Part shown: positions 20,948-31,217 of the stretch, piece by piece
Layout: each line of letters starts with the position of its first letter
How positions within the stretch are numbered: position 1 is the stretch's first letter
Source of the DNA: Gammaproteobacteria bacterium
GTDB lineage: Bacteria; Pseudomonadota; Gammaproteobacteria; Chromatiales; Chromatiaceae
DNA length: 64,000 nucleotides
Direction of reading: 5' to 3'
Assembly (NCBI GenBank): GCA_020445415.1
Contig: JAGRGP010000030.1
Location: 14,111-78,110 of the forward strand
Program-made: the position numbers and the translations under genes
Notes under the pieces: generated by a model
What the model was told of the DNA's origin: nothing
What the model saw: only the letters and a program-made list of their open reading frames with translations
The model's database searches: none

Positions 20948-21529
20948 ATGGCTCACGACCTTCCCCCCCTTCCGTACCCGAAGAACGCTTTGGAGCCCAC
21001 CATCTCTCAAGAGACACTCGAGTTCCACCACGATAAGCATCACCAAACCTACGTCACCAATCTGAATAACCTAATCCCCGGGACCGAGTTTGAAAATGCC
21101 TCCCTGGAAGACATCGTCAAGAAATCTTCCGGAGGTGTTTTCAACAACGCGGCACAAGTGTGGAATCATACCTTTTATTGGAATTGCCTCGGTCCCAGCG
21201 GCGGCGGAGAACCAGCAGGTCCGCTGGCCGACGCAATCGTTGGCGCGTTTGGGTCCTTCGACGAGTTCAAAAAGAAGTTTGCCACCTCCGCCGCCACGAA
21301 CTTTGGCTCCGGATGGACCTGGCTGGTTAAAAATTCTGATGGTAGCGTAGAGATTGTCAACACCTCGAATGCCGGTAACCCGATGACCGAAGGTAAGACG
21401 CCGCTGCTCACCATTGACGTCTGGGAGCACGCCTATTACATCGACTACCGTAACGCCCGCCCCAAGTATCTGGAAGAGATCTGGAAGATCGTCAACTGGG
21501 AGTTTGTGGCCGCTAACTTCGGGAAGTAA
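20948..21529 (+). CDS. sodB: Fe/Mn superoxide dismutase
   Basis: Start ATG 20948. Motifs [23 protein letters not shown] and [11 protein letters not shown]. The ORF-track N-terminal extension is not SOD-like. Confidence 0.93.
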   Translation: MAHDLPPLPYPKNALEPTISQETLEFHHDKHHQTYVTNLNNLIPGTEFENASLEDIVKKSSGGVFNNAAQVWNHTFYWNCLGPSGGGEPAGPLADAIVGAFGSFDEFKKKFATSAATNFGSGWTWLVKNSDGSVEIVNTSNAGNPMTEGKTPLLTIDVWEHAYYIDYRNARPKYLEEIWKIVNWEFVAANFGK

Positions 21530-21612
21530 GCCACCTGGACTGATGCCAGTCCCGTAACAACTACCAGGAATTCCCAGCGGCTGGATTGGGTTCTGGCCGC
21601 GGGCCTGGAAAA

Positions 21613-21650
21613 CGCTGCCCGGCCATCGTGTCGGGCAGCGGCTTTTGTAT
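21613..21650 (+). terminator. rho-independent terminator after sodB
   Basis: 9-bp stem cgctgcccg (21613..21621) pairs with cgggcagcg (21632..21640), followed by gcttttgt. Confidence 0.65.
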
Positions 21651-21927
21651 ACCGCTCTACTTCTGTACTGTGCTCACGCTACCGGCGTTACTGTTAATTA
21701 CACGCCAAAACTTTACCGCTTTCCGTGTAACCAGAAACCGTTGCCCTAGCCCGCGATATGCGATTCCCATGCATTCGCTTGCCTACGGGCTAAAGAACGC
21801 AACCCGGCCGCCGCTACTGGTCTAGATTACCCAACGACTTCCAGGGTAACCAACCTCGCAGCCATTAAAAGCCACACCAACGGCTGTAGCACTGAGCCAA
21901 AAGCGATCAGGTGTCGGAGACAATGTA

Positions 21928-23808
21928 ATGACCATTAAGAATAAACTGTACGCCCTTGTCGGTATAGTCGTCGTATGTGCGATAGCGTATAGCACCCTCG
22001 CCATGAATCTGGTTGAACGCACCGAAGATCTGGGGTTTAGTCATACCTTGGTTGCTCAATTAGAGGCTGGCACGCTCTCCCTGCGGCGCCGGGAAAAAGA
22101 CTTTCTATCGCGGCTGGACCTGGCGTATGCCGATAAATTCAAAACGGATGTTTCCACCACTCAGGATCAGATCAGATCACTGGCCAAGATTCTCGGCGAT
22201 ACCGGCTTAAACACTGGGCAGATTGATCGGCTGAAAACCGCGCTTGATGAATACGCCGGACGGTTTGCTGAGATTGTTACGTTGAGCCAGACCATTGGTC
22301 TGAACGAAAAATCTGGAGCCTATGGGGCGCTTCGAGAATCTATCCACCGTACCGAGCAGATCGCAGAACAACTTGGCGACACCGAACTATTATCGGAGAT
22401 TCTTACCCTGCGGCGCCACGAAAAGGACTTCATGCTACGCAAGGACCTGAAGTACCGGGAGCGCTTCGTCGCGTCGATCCAAGCCCTTCGCAACAACTTG
22501 GCATCCGCGTTCAATTCGCGCTTGAGGGAGGAAATCGGTTCCAGCTTGGAAGACTACCAGCGGCAGTTCCTCAACCTGGTTACCCTTTCGGAACAGATCG
22601 GCCTGACCCCCGATCTTGGAAAAATGGGCGAGATGCGCGACAGCGTTTACCGAATGGACGATATCCTTGCGGCGCTCAAGGCTGAAGTCACTACCGCCCT
22701 GGGCACCGCGGGCCAGGAAACCCGGCGCACGGCCATTGCAATGGCACTCATGCTCATGGTGATAGTAGCGGGCACTATCCTATTCATTCTGCGCAGCATC
22801 AACGGCAGACTGGCTTTATTAAACCGCAGAATGGAAGAGATCTCGGGAGGTGAAGCAGACTTGACCGCCATGATCGCTGCCGAAAACCACGATGAGATCG
22901 CTAGCATCGCCAAACATTTCAACAAATTTGTGACCGTGCTTCACGGCACGATCAGCGAGGTAAAATCCGCAAGCCATAAGGCCCTGGATTCGTGTACTCA
23001 GATCGCAGGGGCCGCCAGCCAAAACCTGAGCGCCATGCAATACCAAAAAGAGAGTACCCACCAGGTCGCCACCGCGATCACCGAAATGTCGGCTTCCGTC
23101 AAAGAAGTATCGCATAACGTGAGCGATGCGGCAGAAGCGGCGCGGGAATCGGATGGCGCGGCGCAACAGGGGCGGGAGATCGTCAGCCGGTCGGTAACAA
23201 CCATCAACCAGCTAGCGGAGAGCATGCAGAATATCGCCACGGTAATCGACGAACTGTCCTCCGACTCCCAGAACATCGGCAGCATCCTCGACGTAATCCG
23301 TGAGATTGCCGACCAAACCAATTTGCTGGCGCTTAACGCCGCCATCGAGGCAGCCCGCGCCGGGGAACAGGGCCGAGGATTTGCCGTGGTTGCAGATGAG
23401 GTTCGAACTCTGGCAGGCCGAACTCAGGCATCAACTCAACAGATACAGGACATGATCGAGAAGTTGCAGTCGGGCGCGGAACAGGCGGTGCGGGTAGTTG
23501 AGGCCAGCCGGTCACAGGCTATGGAAAGTGTGAATCAAGCCCAGGCTGCCGGAGAATCGCTGGAGGCCATCACCAAGAAGACCACCACCATCAGCGAGCT
23601 GAACGCCCAGATCGCCTGCGCAACCGAGGAACAAAGTCAGGTTACCGAGGATATCAGCCGCAACATCGGCGAGATCACTACCGCAGCAGATGAGACGGCC
23701 CAGCATGCACAGGAGATCACTCACGTTAGTGGGCAACTTATTGACGTGGTATCAAGTCTCAATACACTCATCAAGCGCTTCAAACTTATGGAAAACCCCA
23801 GTCAGTAG
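21928..23808 (+). CDS. methyl-accepting chemotaxis protein with a bimodular helical periplasmic sensor
   Basis: 626 aa. Order is N-terminal TM, an internally duplicated helical region of about 240 aa, a second TM, HAMP, then the conserved signalling hairpin [32 protein letters not shown]. Confidence 0.9.
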   Translation: MTIKNKLYALVGIVVVCAIAYSTLAMNLVERTEDLGFSHTLVAQLEAGTLSLRRREKDFLSRLDLAYADKFKTDVSTTQDQIRSLAKILGDTGLNTGQIDRLKTALDEYAGRFAEIVTLSQTIGLNEKSGAYGALRESIHRTEQIAEQLGDTELLSEILTLRRHEKDFMLRKDLKYRERFVASIQALRNNLASAFNSRLREEIGSSLEDYQRQFLNLVTLSEQIGLTPDLGKMGEMRDSVYRMDDILAALKAEVTTALGTAGQETRRTAIAMALMLMVIVAGTILFILRSINGRLALLNRRMEEISGGEADLTAMIAAENHDEIASIAKHFNKFVTVLHGTISEVKSASHKALDSCTQIAGAASQNLSAMQYQKESTHQVATAITEMSASVKEVSHNVSDAAEAARESDGAAQQGREIVSRSVTTINQLAESMQNIATVIDELSSDSQNIGSILDVIREIADQTNLLALNAAIEAARAGEQGRGFAVVADEVRTLAGRTQASTQQIQDMIEKLQSGAEQAVRVVEASRSQAMESVNQAQAAGESLEAITKKTTTISELNAQIACATEEQSQVTEDISRNIGEITTAADETAQHAQEITHVSGQLIDVVSSLNTLIKRFKLMENPSQ

Positions 23809-23817
23809 GGGCGGCAA

Positions 23818-23844
23818 GGGGCTTGGCAGTTTCGTCCAAGCCCT
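23818..23844 (+). terminator. possible weak terminator hairpin after the MCP gene
   Basis: 8-bp stem gggcttgg pairs with ccaagccc across a 9-nt loop. The U-tract is poor (tcaatg). Confidence 0.35.
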
Positions 23845-24034
23845 CAATGACAAACCGGCCCACCTGAGGGACAGGCGAGCACCTTATCGCGTCATGCGCA
23901 TGACAACCTACCCGCTCGGGAGCAAGAATCCCCGGGGCTTCACGGCTACCAGGGTTGCGACCCAAATAGCCACTACTACCGGTGCCTAAAATCCGAGCCA
24001 TGAGGGAGCTGCCGACTCCTCCGTTGCTCCGGAC

Positions 24035-24802
24035 TCACGCATGGGCCAGAAAAATGTACCGAGAGATCAGGACCCCCGCCATCAACCATAACAGTCCGCG
24101 CAAAATCCACCGATAGCGTTGTTCCGAAATGCGCTTATTAAGATACTGCCCACCAAATAACCCACCGAGGGCTACCGGCACCAACCAGGCGGTAGCCTGG
24201 ATCAACCCCACCAGACTCACCTCCGAGACAGTGACGAACACCATGGTCTGGGTGAGCTTTCCGGTAAGAAAATTAACATTGAAGAGTTGAATCATGGCGT
24301 GTGTAGCCATTTTCAACTCCAACGCAAAGACAATGAGTATGGGAACCATGACATTGACGGAGCCAGCCATAACCCCTGCGGTCAAACCAAAAACTGCATT
24401 AGCCAATCGTGGCCACCGACGTATCCAACCGAAGCTCAACAACCGCAGCCTATCCTGGTTAAGATAGAGGAGGATTGCCCCGGCAAGCACCAACAAGAAG
24501 GGTCTAGGATCAGTTAGCAGCAATAGCGTCGTGCCAATCAGGGTGCCGATCAAAACGTAGGGAAGCAAGGACCAGTACCGTCCGACAGCCTCTCCGCTAC
24601 CATTCCCCTTCACCAACAAGCTGATATTGACCGCAATGGTCGGTAACAGGGTCAATAGCACCGCACTGCGCACATCGGTGTAAAGCGCAATAAGCGGTGT
24701 TGCGACCATTGGGAAACCCAAGCCAAAGGTGCCATGCACCATGCCTGCCAGTAAAACTACCGGCAGGCATAGCCACCACAGCTCATTATCAAAATTACCC
24801 AT
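24035..24802 (-). CDS. TauE/SafE family sulfite/anion exporter
   Basis: Start ATG 24802 (MGNFDNELWWL). About 8 TM segments, with Gly-rich motifs GTFGLGFPMVATPL and GGLFGGQYL typical of TauE/SafE. Confidence 0.7.
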   Translation of the reverse strand: MGNFDNELWWLCLPVVLLAGMVHGTFGLGFPMVATPLIALYTDVRSAVLLTLLPTIAVNISLLVKGNGSGEAVGRYWSLLPYVLIGTLIGTTLLLLTDPRPFLLVLAGAILLYLNQDRLRLLSFGWIRRWPRLANAVFGLTAGVMAGSVNVMVPILIVFALELKMATHAMIQLFNVNFLTGKLTQTMVFVTVSEVSLVGLIQATAWLVPVALGGLFGGQYLNKRISEQRYRWILRGLLWLMAGVLISRYIFLAHA

Positions 24803-24970
24803 ATCCCCCTCAGGCAGATTCGTCAAACCGCTTATACCCGTTCGCAAATCCGAACGCCCAGCGGATGTGCATGGACAGCCTAACGGGACAACCACCGGGG
24901 TGGGCTTTGCCTACATGGGTTGCCTTGTGAATCCCGGCGATGAAGCATCATACCGATTCACAAACCCAGA

Positions 24971-25010
24971 AAACAAAAAAACCGCCCTTGGATTTACCCT
25001 CGGGCGGTTT
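24971..25010 (-). terminator. rho-independent terminator of the 25027..25821 gene
   Basis: GC stem accgccc (24981..24987) pairs with gggcggt (25002..25008). On the minus transcript it is followed by UUUUUUUGUUUU. Confidence 0.6.
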
Positions 25011-25026
25011 GCTTGCGGCCGGCGGT

Positions 25027-25821
25027 TTAGATTTCGGGAACGGGACGGCGGCCTTCGAATGGGCTGCGCAGGGTTGCATGCTGCTCTTCCGCGCGTTTAC
25101 GCTGAGCCTCGACACGCTCGAGCATCTCCGCGTGGCGCTGCTCCATCTGCTGACGCATCTCGTCGCGGCGCGCTTGATCGGACATGGCACCAGGAGCCCG
25201 TGCCTGCATAGCTTCGCGGCGCGCTTCCATCTGGCTGAAGAACGCTTCGCGCCGAGGATCCATACTCAGCCTGTCACGACCCGGGCGCACCAACTGCAGC
25301 TGCTCACGGCGGGCTTCCATCTGCTTAATGACTTCTTCGGGAGACGCCGAGAAATCAGGTAAGCTAGGATCAAACGGTCGGTTAAACGGAGTGGTTTCTC
25401 CGTTAAACGGCGCCGTTAATTGGCCTTGCCGGGCAGCAAATTGCTCAGCGTACTTGCGCTGTGCCTCCATGGCCTCCTGAAACATCTTCGACTGCTGCTC
25501 AGCCATGGCTTTCTGCTGCTCATCAAATACCTTACGCTGCTCCTCGAATGCCTTCTGCTGCTCTTCGGTCAGTGCCACCGGCGGCGCGCCATAGGGATAA
25601 CCGTAATAGGGGTAGCCGTAGTAGTCATAACCACGGCCCCTGCCGTATCCATAGCCGCCCCCATGGGCTCCCATGCTGAAACTAAATCCACCATCCACAT
25701 ACCCATCTCCAAAGCCATCGCCGTAACCGTGGTCGCCCCAGGGGCCGCCCCACCAGGCACTGGCCGTCATTGAGAGAGTTGTTAGTGCCGCTACCGCGAA
25801 CACCTTGGAAATATTTTTCAT
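25027..25821 (-). CDS. secreted Gly/Tyr-rich protein, Sgp-like head plus Gln/Glu/Arg-rich helical tail (long form, copy B)
   Basis: 264 aa. Signal peptide [22 protein letters not shown]|WW. Head [54 protein letters not shown]. The tail has MEARRE repeats and ends [13 protein letters not shown]. Confidence 0.6.
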   Translation of the reverse strand: MKNISKVFAVAALTTLSMTASAWWGGPWGDHGYGDGFGDGYVDGGFSFSMGAHGGGYGYGRGRGYDYYGYPYYGYPYGAPPVALTEEQQKAFEEQRKVFDEQQKAMAEQQSKMFQEAMEAQRKYAEQFAARQGQLTAPFNGETTPFNRPFDPSLPDFSASPEEVIKQMEARREQLQLVRPGRDRLSMDPRREAFFSQMEARREAMQARAPGAMSDQARRDEMRQQMEQRHAEMLERVEAQRKRAEEQHATLRSPFEGRRPVPEI

Positions 25822-25842
25822 CGTTTTCGCCTCTTTGGGTAC

Positions 25843-25867
25843 AACGGTCCCCTCAAGGGGGACCGTT
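25843..25867 (-). other. perfect 10-bp GC-rich hairpin between the two tandem Sgp-like genes
   Basis: aacggtcccc (25843..25852) pairs with ggggaccgtt (25858..25867) across a 5-nt loop. There is no U-tract. It ends about 21 nt upstream of the 25821 start codon, just 5' of its AGAGG SD. Confidence 0.6.
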
Positions 25868-25940
25868 ATATGCTCCTACCGGCACATCCTGTGCATTGTT
25901 CCAGTCCCGGGAACCGGCGGAATCAAATCCTGCGGATCAA

Positions 25941-26324
25941 CTACTTGGCTGGCTCAGCAGGGGCTTGTGGGGCAACCGGAGGTGCGCCATAGGGGGCACC
26001 ATAGGGCGCACCATAAGGAGCTCCATAACCGTAGCCGTAGGGCGCGCCATAACCGTAAGGTGCGCCGTAGCCATAAGGACCATAACCGCCATAGGGATAG
26101 CCGTAACCATACCCGCGGCCATATCCATTACCCCGGCCATAGCCACTGCCAGAGGCACGGCTGCTCATGTTGAAGTCCATGTCACCGAACATATCGCCCC
26201 AGCCGTCACCCCAACCATCACCATAACCACGGTTACCACCCCAAGGACCACCCCACCATGCGGAAGCCGTGGCAGAGGCACCAATCAACGCAGCAATCGC
26301 AGCGGCTTTCATAATATTTTTCAT
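25941..26324 (-). CDS. sulfur-globule-protein-like secreted Gly/Tyr-rich protein (short form)
   Basis: Start ATG 26324 with a GGAGA SD. Signal peptide [22 protein letters not shown]|WW. Mature part is [67 protein letters not shown]...(GAPY)n. About 105 aa mature, like the SgpA/B/C size class. Confidence 0.65.
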   Translation of the reverse strand: MKNIMKAAAIAALIGASATASAWWGGPWGGNRGYGDGWGDGWGDMFGDMDFNMSSRASGSGYGRGNGYGRGYGYGYPYGGYGPYGYGAPYGYGAPYGYGYGAPYGAPYGAPYGAPPVAPQAPAEPAK

Positions 26325-26587
26325 CAGATATCTCCAGATCGTTTTATCATTAGGCCGATTAGCGGCCTCATCGAAAGCCGGATACGACTGTGCCTTCTTG
26401 GAGATGCATAATATTAGCAACTACTAAAATTATCAAATTAATTTAACTTATAATATGGTTAATTATTATTTATAATTGCCCTGCCAATCAGAAACCCTGC
26501 AATCCGCTCGTGGAATCCTTCCGGTACAGTAGACTTCGTTCGCTTCCTCGCTAAGGTACGCTGGCAGCAGGTGCACGAAGTGCCCAG

Positions 26588-27472
26588 TCAGGAGCCCCTG
26601 TCACATGAGGATCCGAGTCCCTTCCGCTCCAGCGCCAACGGATACAGGCGGTTCTTCTTCTCTCCAGTAATCTGCGCAGCCAACCGCACGGCCTGTTTGA
26701 TAGGGAACTCGTCGCACAGAATACTCAGAATCCTGGTGGCATCCGCAGAGATTTCGGTACGGAGTCTCGGTGCACCCGCCACCAATAACACAAACTCTCC
26801 CTTCCTTTGGTTCGAGTCCGATGACACCTGCGCCTGCAAATCCCCCAGCACCGAATAAATAATCGTTTCATGGAGCTTGGTAAGTTCTCTAGCCAGTACC
26901 GCCGGCCGGTCTCTGCCGAAAATACTCACCAAATCCGCCAGCAATTCGACGATCCGGTGGCTCGATTCATAAAACACCAGTGTTGCCAACTCATTGCGCA
27001 ATTCGGTCAGCTCGGCACGACGGGCGGCACCTGTGCGGGCGATAAACCCAACGTAAAGCGCGCGATCGGTAGCCAACCCAGCAACCGACAGCGCCGCCGT
27101 CAGGGCGCTGGCGCCCGGGACTGGCGAAACCCGGATCCCCTGGAGATGGCATTCCCGCACCAAGGAATAGCCCGGATCGCTGATCAGTGGAGTCCCCGCA
27201 TCAGCAACCATCGCAAGCGACGCCCCGGACTGCAGATGGGCAATCAACCGGGAAAGCTGTTGGCGTTCATTGTGATCGTGCAACGCCAGCATCCGGGTGG
27301 TAATACCCAGATGACGCAGTAAGACACCGGTATGGCGGGTGTCCTCGGCAGCAATAAGATCCACGCTTCGCAACACATCGATGGCCCGGGACGAAATATC
27401 TCCCAGGTTACCGATGGGGGTCGCAACTACGAAAAGCACGCCGGAACCGTTAGACACTATTAACCTCGTCAC
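26588..27472 (-). CDS. rsmI: 16S rRNA (cytidine1402-2'-O)-methyltransferase
   Basis: 294 aa with LFVVATPIGNLGDISSRA, IAAEDTRHTG and SDAGTPLISDPG. Divergent from lpoA, as in E. coli. Confidence 0.9.
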   Translation of the reverse strand: MTRLIVSNGSGVLFVVATPIGNLGDISSRAIDVLRSVDLIAAEDTRHTGVLLRHLGITTRMLALHDHNERQQLSRLIAHLQSGASLAMVADAGTPLISDPGYSLVRECHLQGIRVSPVPGASALTAALSVAGLATDRALYVGFIARTGAARRAELTELRNELATLVFYESSHRIVELLADLVSIFGRDRPAVLARELTKLHETIIYSVLGDLQAQVSSDSNQRKGEFVLLVAGAPRLRTEISADATRILSILCDEFPIKQAVRLAAQITGEKKNRLYPLALERKGLGSSCDRGS

Positions 27473-27663
27473 TGCCCCTTGGGGTAGAATGGAGTGGCTG
27501 AAAAAGGCTCAAACCACCATACCACCAGGCTCAAGTCCACCCAGGTCCCCGAGGCAGCTCTCGGCCACGGCGGCGATCAAACTGGCCGTTGCGTTGGTGG
27601 CGGCAAACCAGTATTGCTCGAATGTATGGACTGAACCGCTGACAGATACTACACGAATCCACT

Positions 27664-29643
27664 ATGCAACATAGAAAATGGCACGGAATCTTTTGCTTCC
27701 TCATGGTTACGCTGCTTGCAGGATGCGTTCCCTCACCGGAAATCAGGGTTTCCGGCCCGATCCGAAACGACCCAGCCATCGAACAGGCCGAAGCACTGGC
27801 TGCGGCCGGGGATTACGTGGCGGCCGCCGCGCTCTTTCAACAGACCGCCGCCACCATGGCGGGTCCCGAGCGGGCACGCCTGCTGTTGCGTGCCGCCGAG
27901 AACCGTTTTCTTGCGGCGGACCCGGTTGGTGCCGCCACCTTGTTGGATCAAATCGAGATCGCCGATCAACCCCAGCTTGATTTCCAGAAACGGCTGCTGA
28001 TCGCCGAGATGGCTATCGCCAGAAATCGCCCCGAGGAAGCCTTGGAACTCCTGGCCCTCCCTCCGGGCACGGATACTTCCATCGATCTGGCACGGCGCTA
28101 CCTCAAGGACCGCGCCGAGGCGTACCGGCAGTCGGGCAATCTGCTCGAGAGCGGTAGGGAACTCGGATCCCTGGATCTCTTGATCATGGACCCCGAATCT
28201 AAATTGGATAACCAGCTACTGATCCTGCAAACCTACGCGGGAATGACCGACCAGGCATTGGAGCTGCTGCAGCCTATCCCGCCCGGAGATCAGGGAGGCT
28301 GGATGGAGCTCACCCGTATTGTCAAGGAACACGCCAATGACGAAGCCCAAATCAAGACATTGCTTTCTGAATGGCGGTCCCGATTTCCAGGCCACCCGGC
28401 CATGCCCGAGCTTCTCGACGGCTATTTCAAACGGCTCAAAGGCCAGTACCTCCGTGCCGACCACTTAGCGGTCTTGCTGCCTCAGTCCGGGCCCTATGCC
28501 CGGGCCGCGGCCTCGCTCAAGGATGGGCTGCTGAGCGCCTATTACCAGGATAACCCCGAAGCGAGGCCCAAACTGGCATTTTACGATACCGCCAATCCAG
28601 ACAATCTGTGGCCGCTCTACCAGCAGGTGGTGGCATCGGGAGCCCAGATGATCATTGGCCCGTTGGATAAACAAAACGTTGCCCAGCTTGCCAGGTCTGT
28701 CACCTTGGACATTCCCGTGCTGGCATTGAATCAGGTTCCGCTGGAAGGCCCACCTCCCGCGGACCTCTACCAATTCTCTCTTGCACCTGAAGATGAAGCC
28801 CGCCAGGTGGCGGACAAGGCCTGGACGGACGGGTTTGCTACCGCGGTGATCCTGACCCCTGACGATGAGTGGGGAGAACGGGTCTATAACGCCTTCAAGC
28901 AGCGCTGGGAACAGTTGGGAGGCGTGCTCGCCGAGCACCAAGCCTATGATCCCAAAGAACATGACTTCGCCAAGCCAATCAAGGCGCTACTCAATCTGGA
29001 TGAGAGCGAAAAGCGTCTACAGGATATGCAGCGCTTGTTAGGCAAACGACTGGAATTTGAGCCGCAACGACGCCAGGACGCTGGGTTTGTCTTTTTGGCG
29101 GCCAAGGCGCAACTTGCCCGTCAAATCAGGCCTCAGCTCCAGTACCACCATGCCGCCGACCTGCCGGTCTATACCACCTCCCATGCCTATTCCGGTACGG
29201 AATCAGCGGATACAAACCTAGACCTAGACGGTATCAGATTTCCCATGATCCCATGGATAGCGTTGGTCGACCAGGAAGACCCATTGTCACTGCCAGAGCT
29301 GCTGCGGGTGCTGCCGGATGCTGATCCGCGTTACTTTCCCCTCTACGCCATGGGAATCGACAGTTATCTACTGTTGCCCCATTTGGCGCGCCTCCAGAGC
29401 AGCCCCCGAGAGATCTTCGAGGGGAAGACCGGGAATCTGTTTCTGGATCAATTGAACCAAATTCACCGGCAAATGGTCTGGGCAGAGATGGAAGGGGGAA
29501 CGCCTAAGGTTACCGGCTTCGCGCCACGTCTGGAGACCGGCTACGGAGCATTCCCGGAGAGCCCGGTGGAACGCCAACCATTGCCTGTGCCCGAGACACC
29601 GTCCGAAACCCCTGACAACGCGGAAGCCCAGATCGAGGGATGA
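27664..29643 (+). CDS. lpoA: penicillin-binding protein activator LpoA
   Basis: 659 aa with lipobox LLAGC, an N-terminal TPR-like region and a C-terminal periplasmic-binding-fold region. Position matches rsmI / lpoA-yraN-diaA-dolP synteny. Confidence 0.8.
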   Translation: MQHRKWHGIFCFLMVTLLAGCVPSPEIRVSGPIRNDPAIEQAEALAAAGDYVAAAALFQQTAATMAGPERARLLLRAAENRFLAADPVGAATLLDQIEIADQPQLDFQKRLLIAEMAIARNRPEEALELLALPPGTDTSIDLARRYLKDRAEAYRQSGNLLESGRELGSLDLLIMDPESKLDNQLLILQTYAGMTDQALELLQPIPPGDQGGWMELTRIVKEHANDEAQIKTLLSEWRSRFPGHPAMPELLDGYFKRLKGQYLRADHLAVLLPQSGPYARAAASLKDGLLSAYYQDNPEARPKLAFYDTANPDNLWPLYQQVVASGAQMIIGPLDKQNVAQLARSVTLDIPVLALNQVPLEGPPPADLYQFSLAPEDEARQVADKAWTDGFATAVILTPDDEWGERVYNAFKQRWEQLGGVLAEHQAYDPKEHDFAKPIKALLNLDESEKRLQDMQRLLGKRLEFEPQRRQDAGFVFLAAKAQLARQIRPQLQYHHAADLPVYTTSHAYSGTESADTNLDLDGIRFPMIPWIALVDQEDPLSLPELLRVLPDADPRYFPLYAMGIDSYLLLPHLARLQSSPREIFEGKTGNLFLDQLNQIHRQMVWAEMEGGTPKVTGFAPRLETGYGAFPESPVERQPLPVPETPSETPDNAEAQIEG

Positions 29644-29996
29644 GCACACCGGTAGCAAAAGGCGCGCAGTTCGAGGAGATGGCCGGCCGGTTCCTGATAC
29701 ACCACAATATGCAGTTGATCGAGCGTAACTTTCGCAGCCACCGCGGTGAGATCGATCTGGTAATGTTGGATGGTGACTGCCTGGTCTTCGTCGAGGTGAG
29801 ATATAGACGCTACACGCGCTTTGGATCAGCGGCCGAATCGGTGACTGAGAATAAACAGGCGAAGGTCATACTGGCGGCCAACCACTTTTTACAATCCCAT
29901 AAACAATGGACCGGATATGCCTGCCGGTTTGATGTCGTGGCAATCAACGGCCACGGCACTATCGACTGGATTAAAGATGCCTTCCAGCCCGTTTGA
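29640..29996 (+). CDS. yraN: YraN family (UPF0102) endonuclease-like protein
   Basis: 118 aa with GEIDLVMLDGDCLVFVEVRYR and the RFDVV motif. 4-nt overlap with the lpoA stop. Confidence 0.85.
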   Translation: MSTPVAKGAQFEEMAGRFLIHHNMQLIERNFRSHRGEIDLVMLDGDCLVFVEVRYRRYTRFGSAAESVTENKQAKVILAANHFLQSHKQWTGYACRFDVVAINGHGTIDWIKDAFQPV

Positions 29997-30012
29997 AGAT
30001 CCACGCAACTAG

Positions 30013-30609
<597 letters not shown>

Positions 30610-30632
30610 ACACCTTCAGTTAAGGAGAAATT

Positions 30633-31217
30633 GTGATGAACAAGCGGGCTATTACACTACTGCTTTGCCTCGTGTCGGTTAACTGGCTACAGGGATGTGG
30701 AGCACTTATTGTGGGCGGTGTGGCGGCGGGTGCCTCGGTAATCCACGATCGGCGCTCCTCGGGAACCATCCTGGATGACAAAACCATCCAATTCAAGATT
30801 GTTTCCAGTGTTAATTCGGATCCCGATCTTCTACAACGCTGTAGCCTGTCAGCTACCAGTTACAACTATGTCGTGCTTCTCACCGGCCAGGCGGAAAATG
30901 CCAGCCTACATGACCGGTACGTGGATATCGCCCGCAACACGCCGATGGTGAAGCGGGTGGTTGACGAAGTCCAGATCGCCAGTCCCACCACCGCCGCCGA
31001 GGAAACCCGGGATGCCTATATCACGTCCAAGGTAAAAATCCAGTTACTAGACTTGGGTATCCCGAGTTTCGACCCCAGCCGAGTCAAGGTGGTAACCGAG
31101 CGTAACGTCGTCTATCTGATGGGGCTGGTAACCCAAGAGGAAGCCAGCGCCGTGGTGGAAAAGGTCCGCTATATCGATGGCGTCGAGAAGGTAGTGAAGG
31201 TCTTTGAATACATCTGA
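30633..31217 (+). CDS. dolP: BON-domain lipoprotein (DolP/YraP-like)
   Basis: 194 aa with lipobox LQGC and two BON-like modules. Follows diaA as in E. coli. Confidence 0.75.
   Translation: MMNKRAITLLLCLVSVNWLQGCGALIVGGVAAGASVIHDRRSSGTILDDKTIQFKIVSSVNSDPDLLQRCSLSATSYNYVVLLTGQAENASLHDRYVDIARNTPMVKRVVDEVQIASPTTAAEETRDAYITSKVKIQLLDLGIPSFDPSRVKVVTERNVVYLMGLVTQEEASAVVEKVRYIDGVEKVVKVFEYI

Noticed and set aside
21698-21730. 7-bp inverted repeat TTACACG-N19-CGTGTAA upstream of the MCP gene, and a search for a sigma-28 promoter.
   Set aside because: The arms are short and the spacer long, which is within chance expectation. No TAAA-N15-GCCGATAA match was found, so no regulatory call is made.
23690-24001. 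ORFs of 99 aa (+) and 71 aa (-) in the MCP/tauE convergent spacer.
   Set aside because: No SD or start context, implausible composition, and mutual overlap. The region more likely contains only terminators.
25770-26411. 213-aa + strand ORF spanning both tandem Sgp-like genes.
   Set aside because: It is the antisense reading of low-complexity Gly/Tyr codon repeats, giving ITVT/AIA-type repeats. It has no start context, whereas the minus-strand genes have signal peptides, SD sequences and terminators.
26325-26587. Possible RNase P RNA (rnpB) beside rsmI, as I recall its position in Pseudomonas.
   Set aside because: The gap is only 263 bp. It lacks the universally conserved GAGGAAAGTCCGGGC and ACAGAACCCGGCTTA-type elements.
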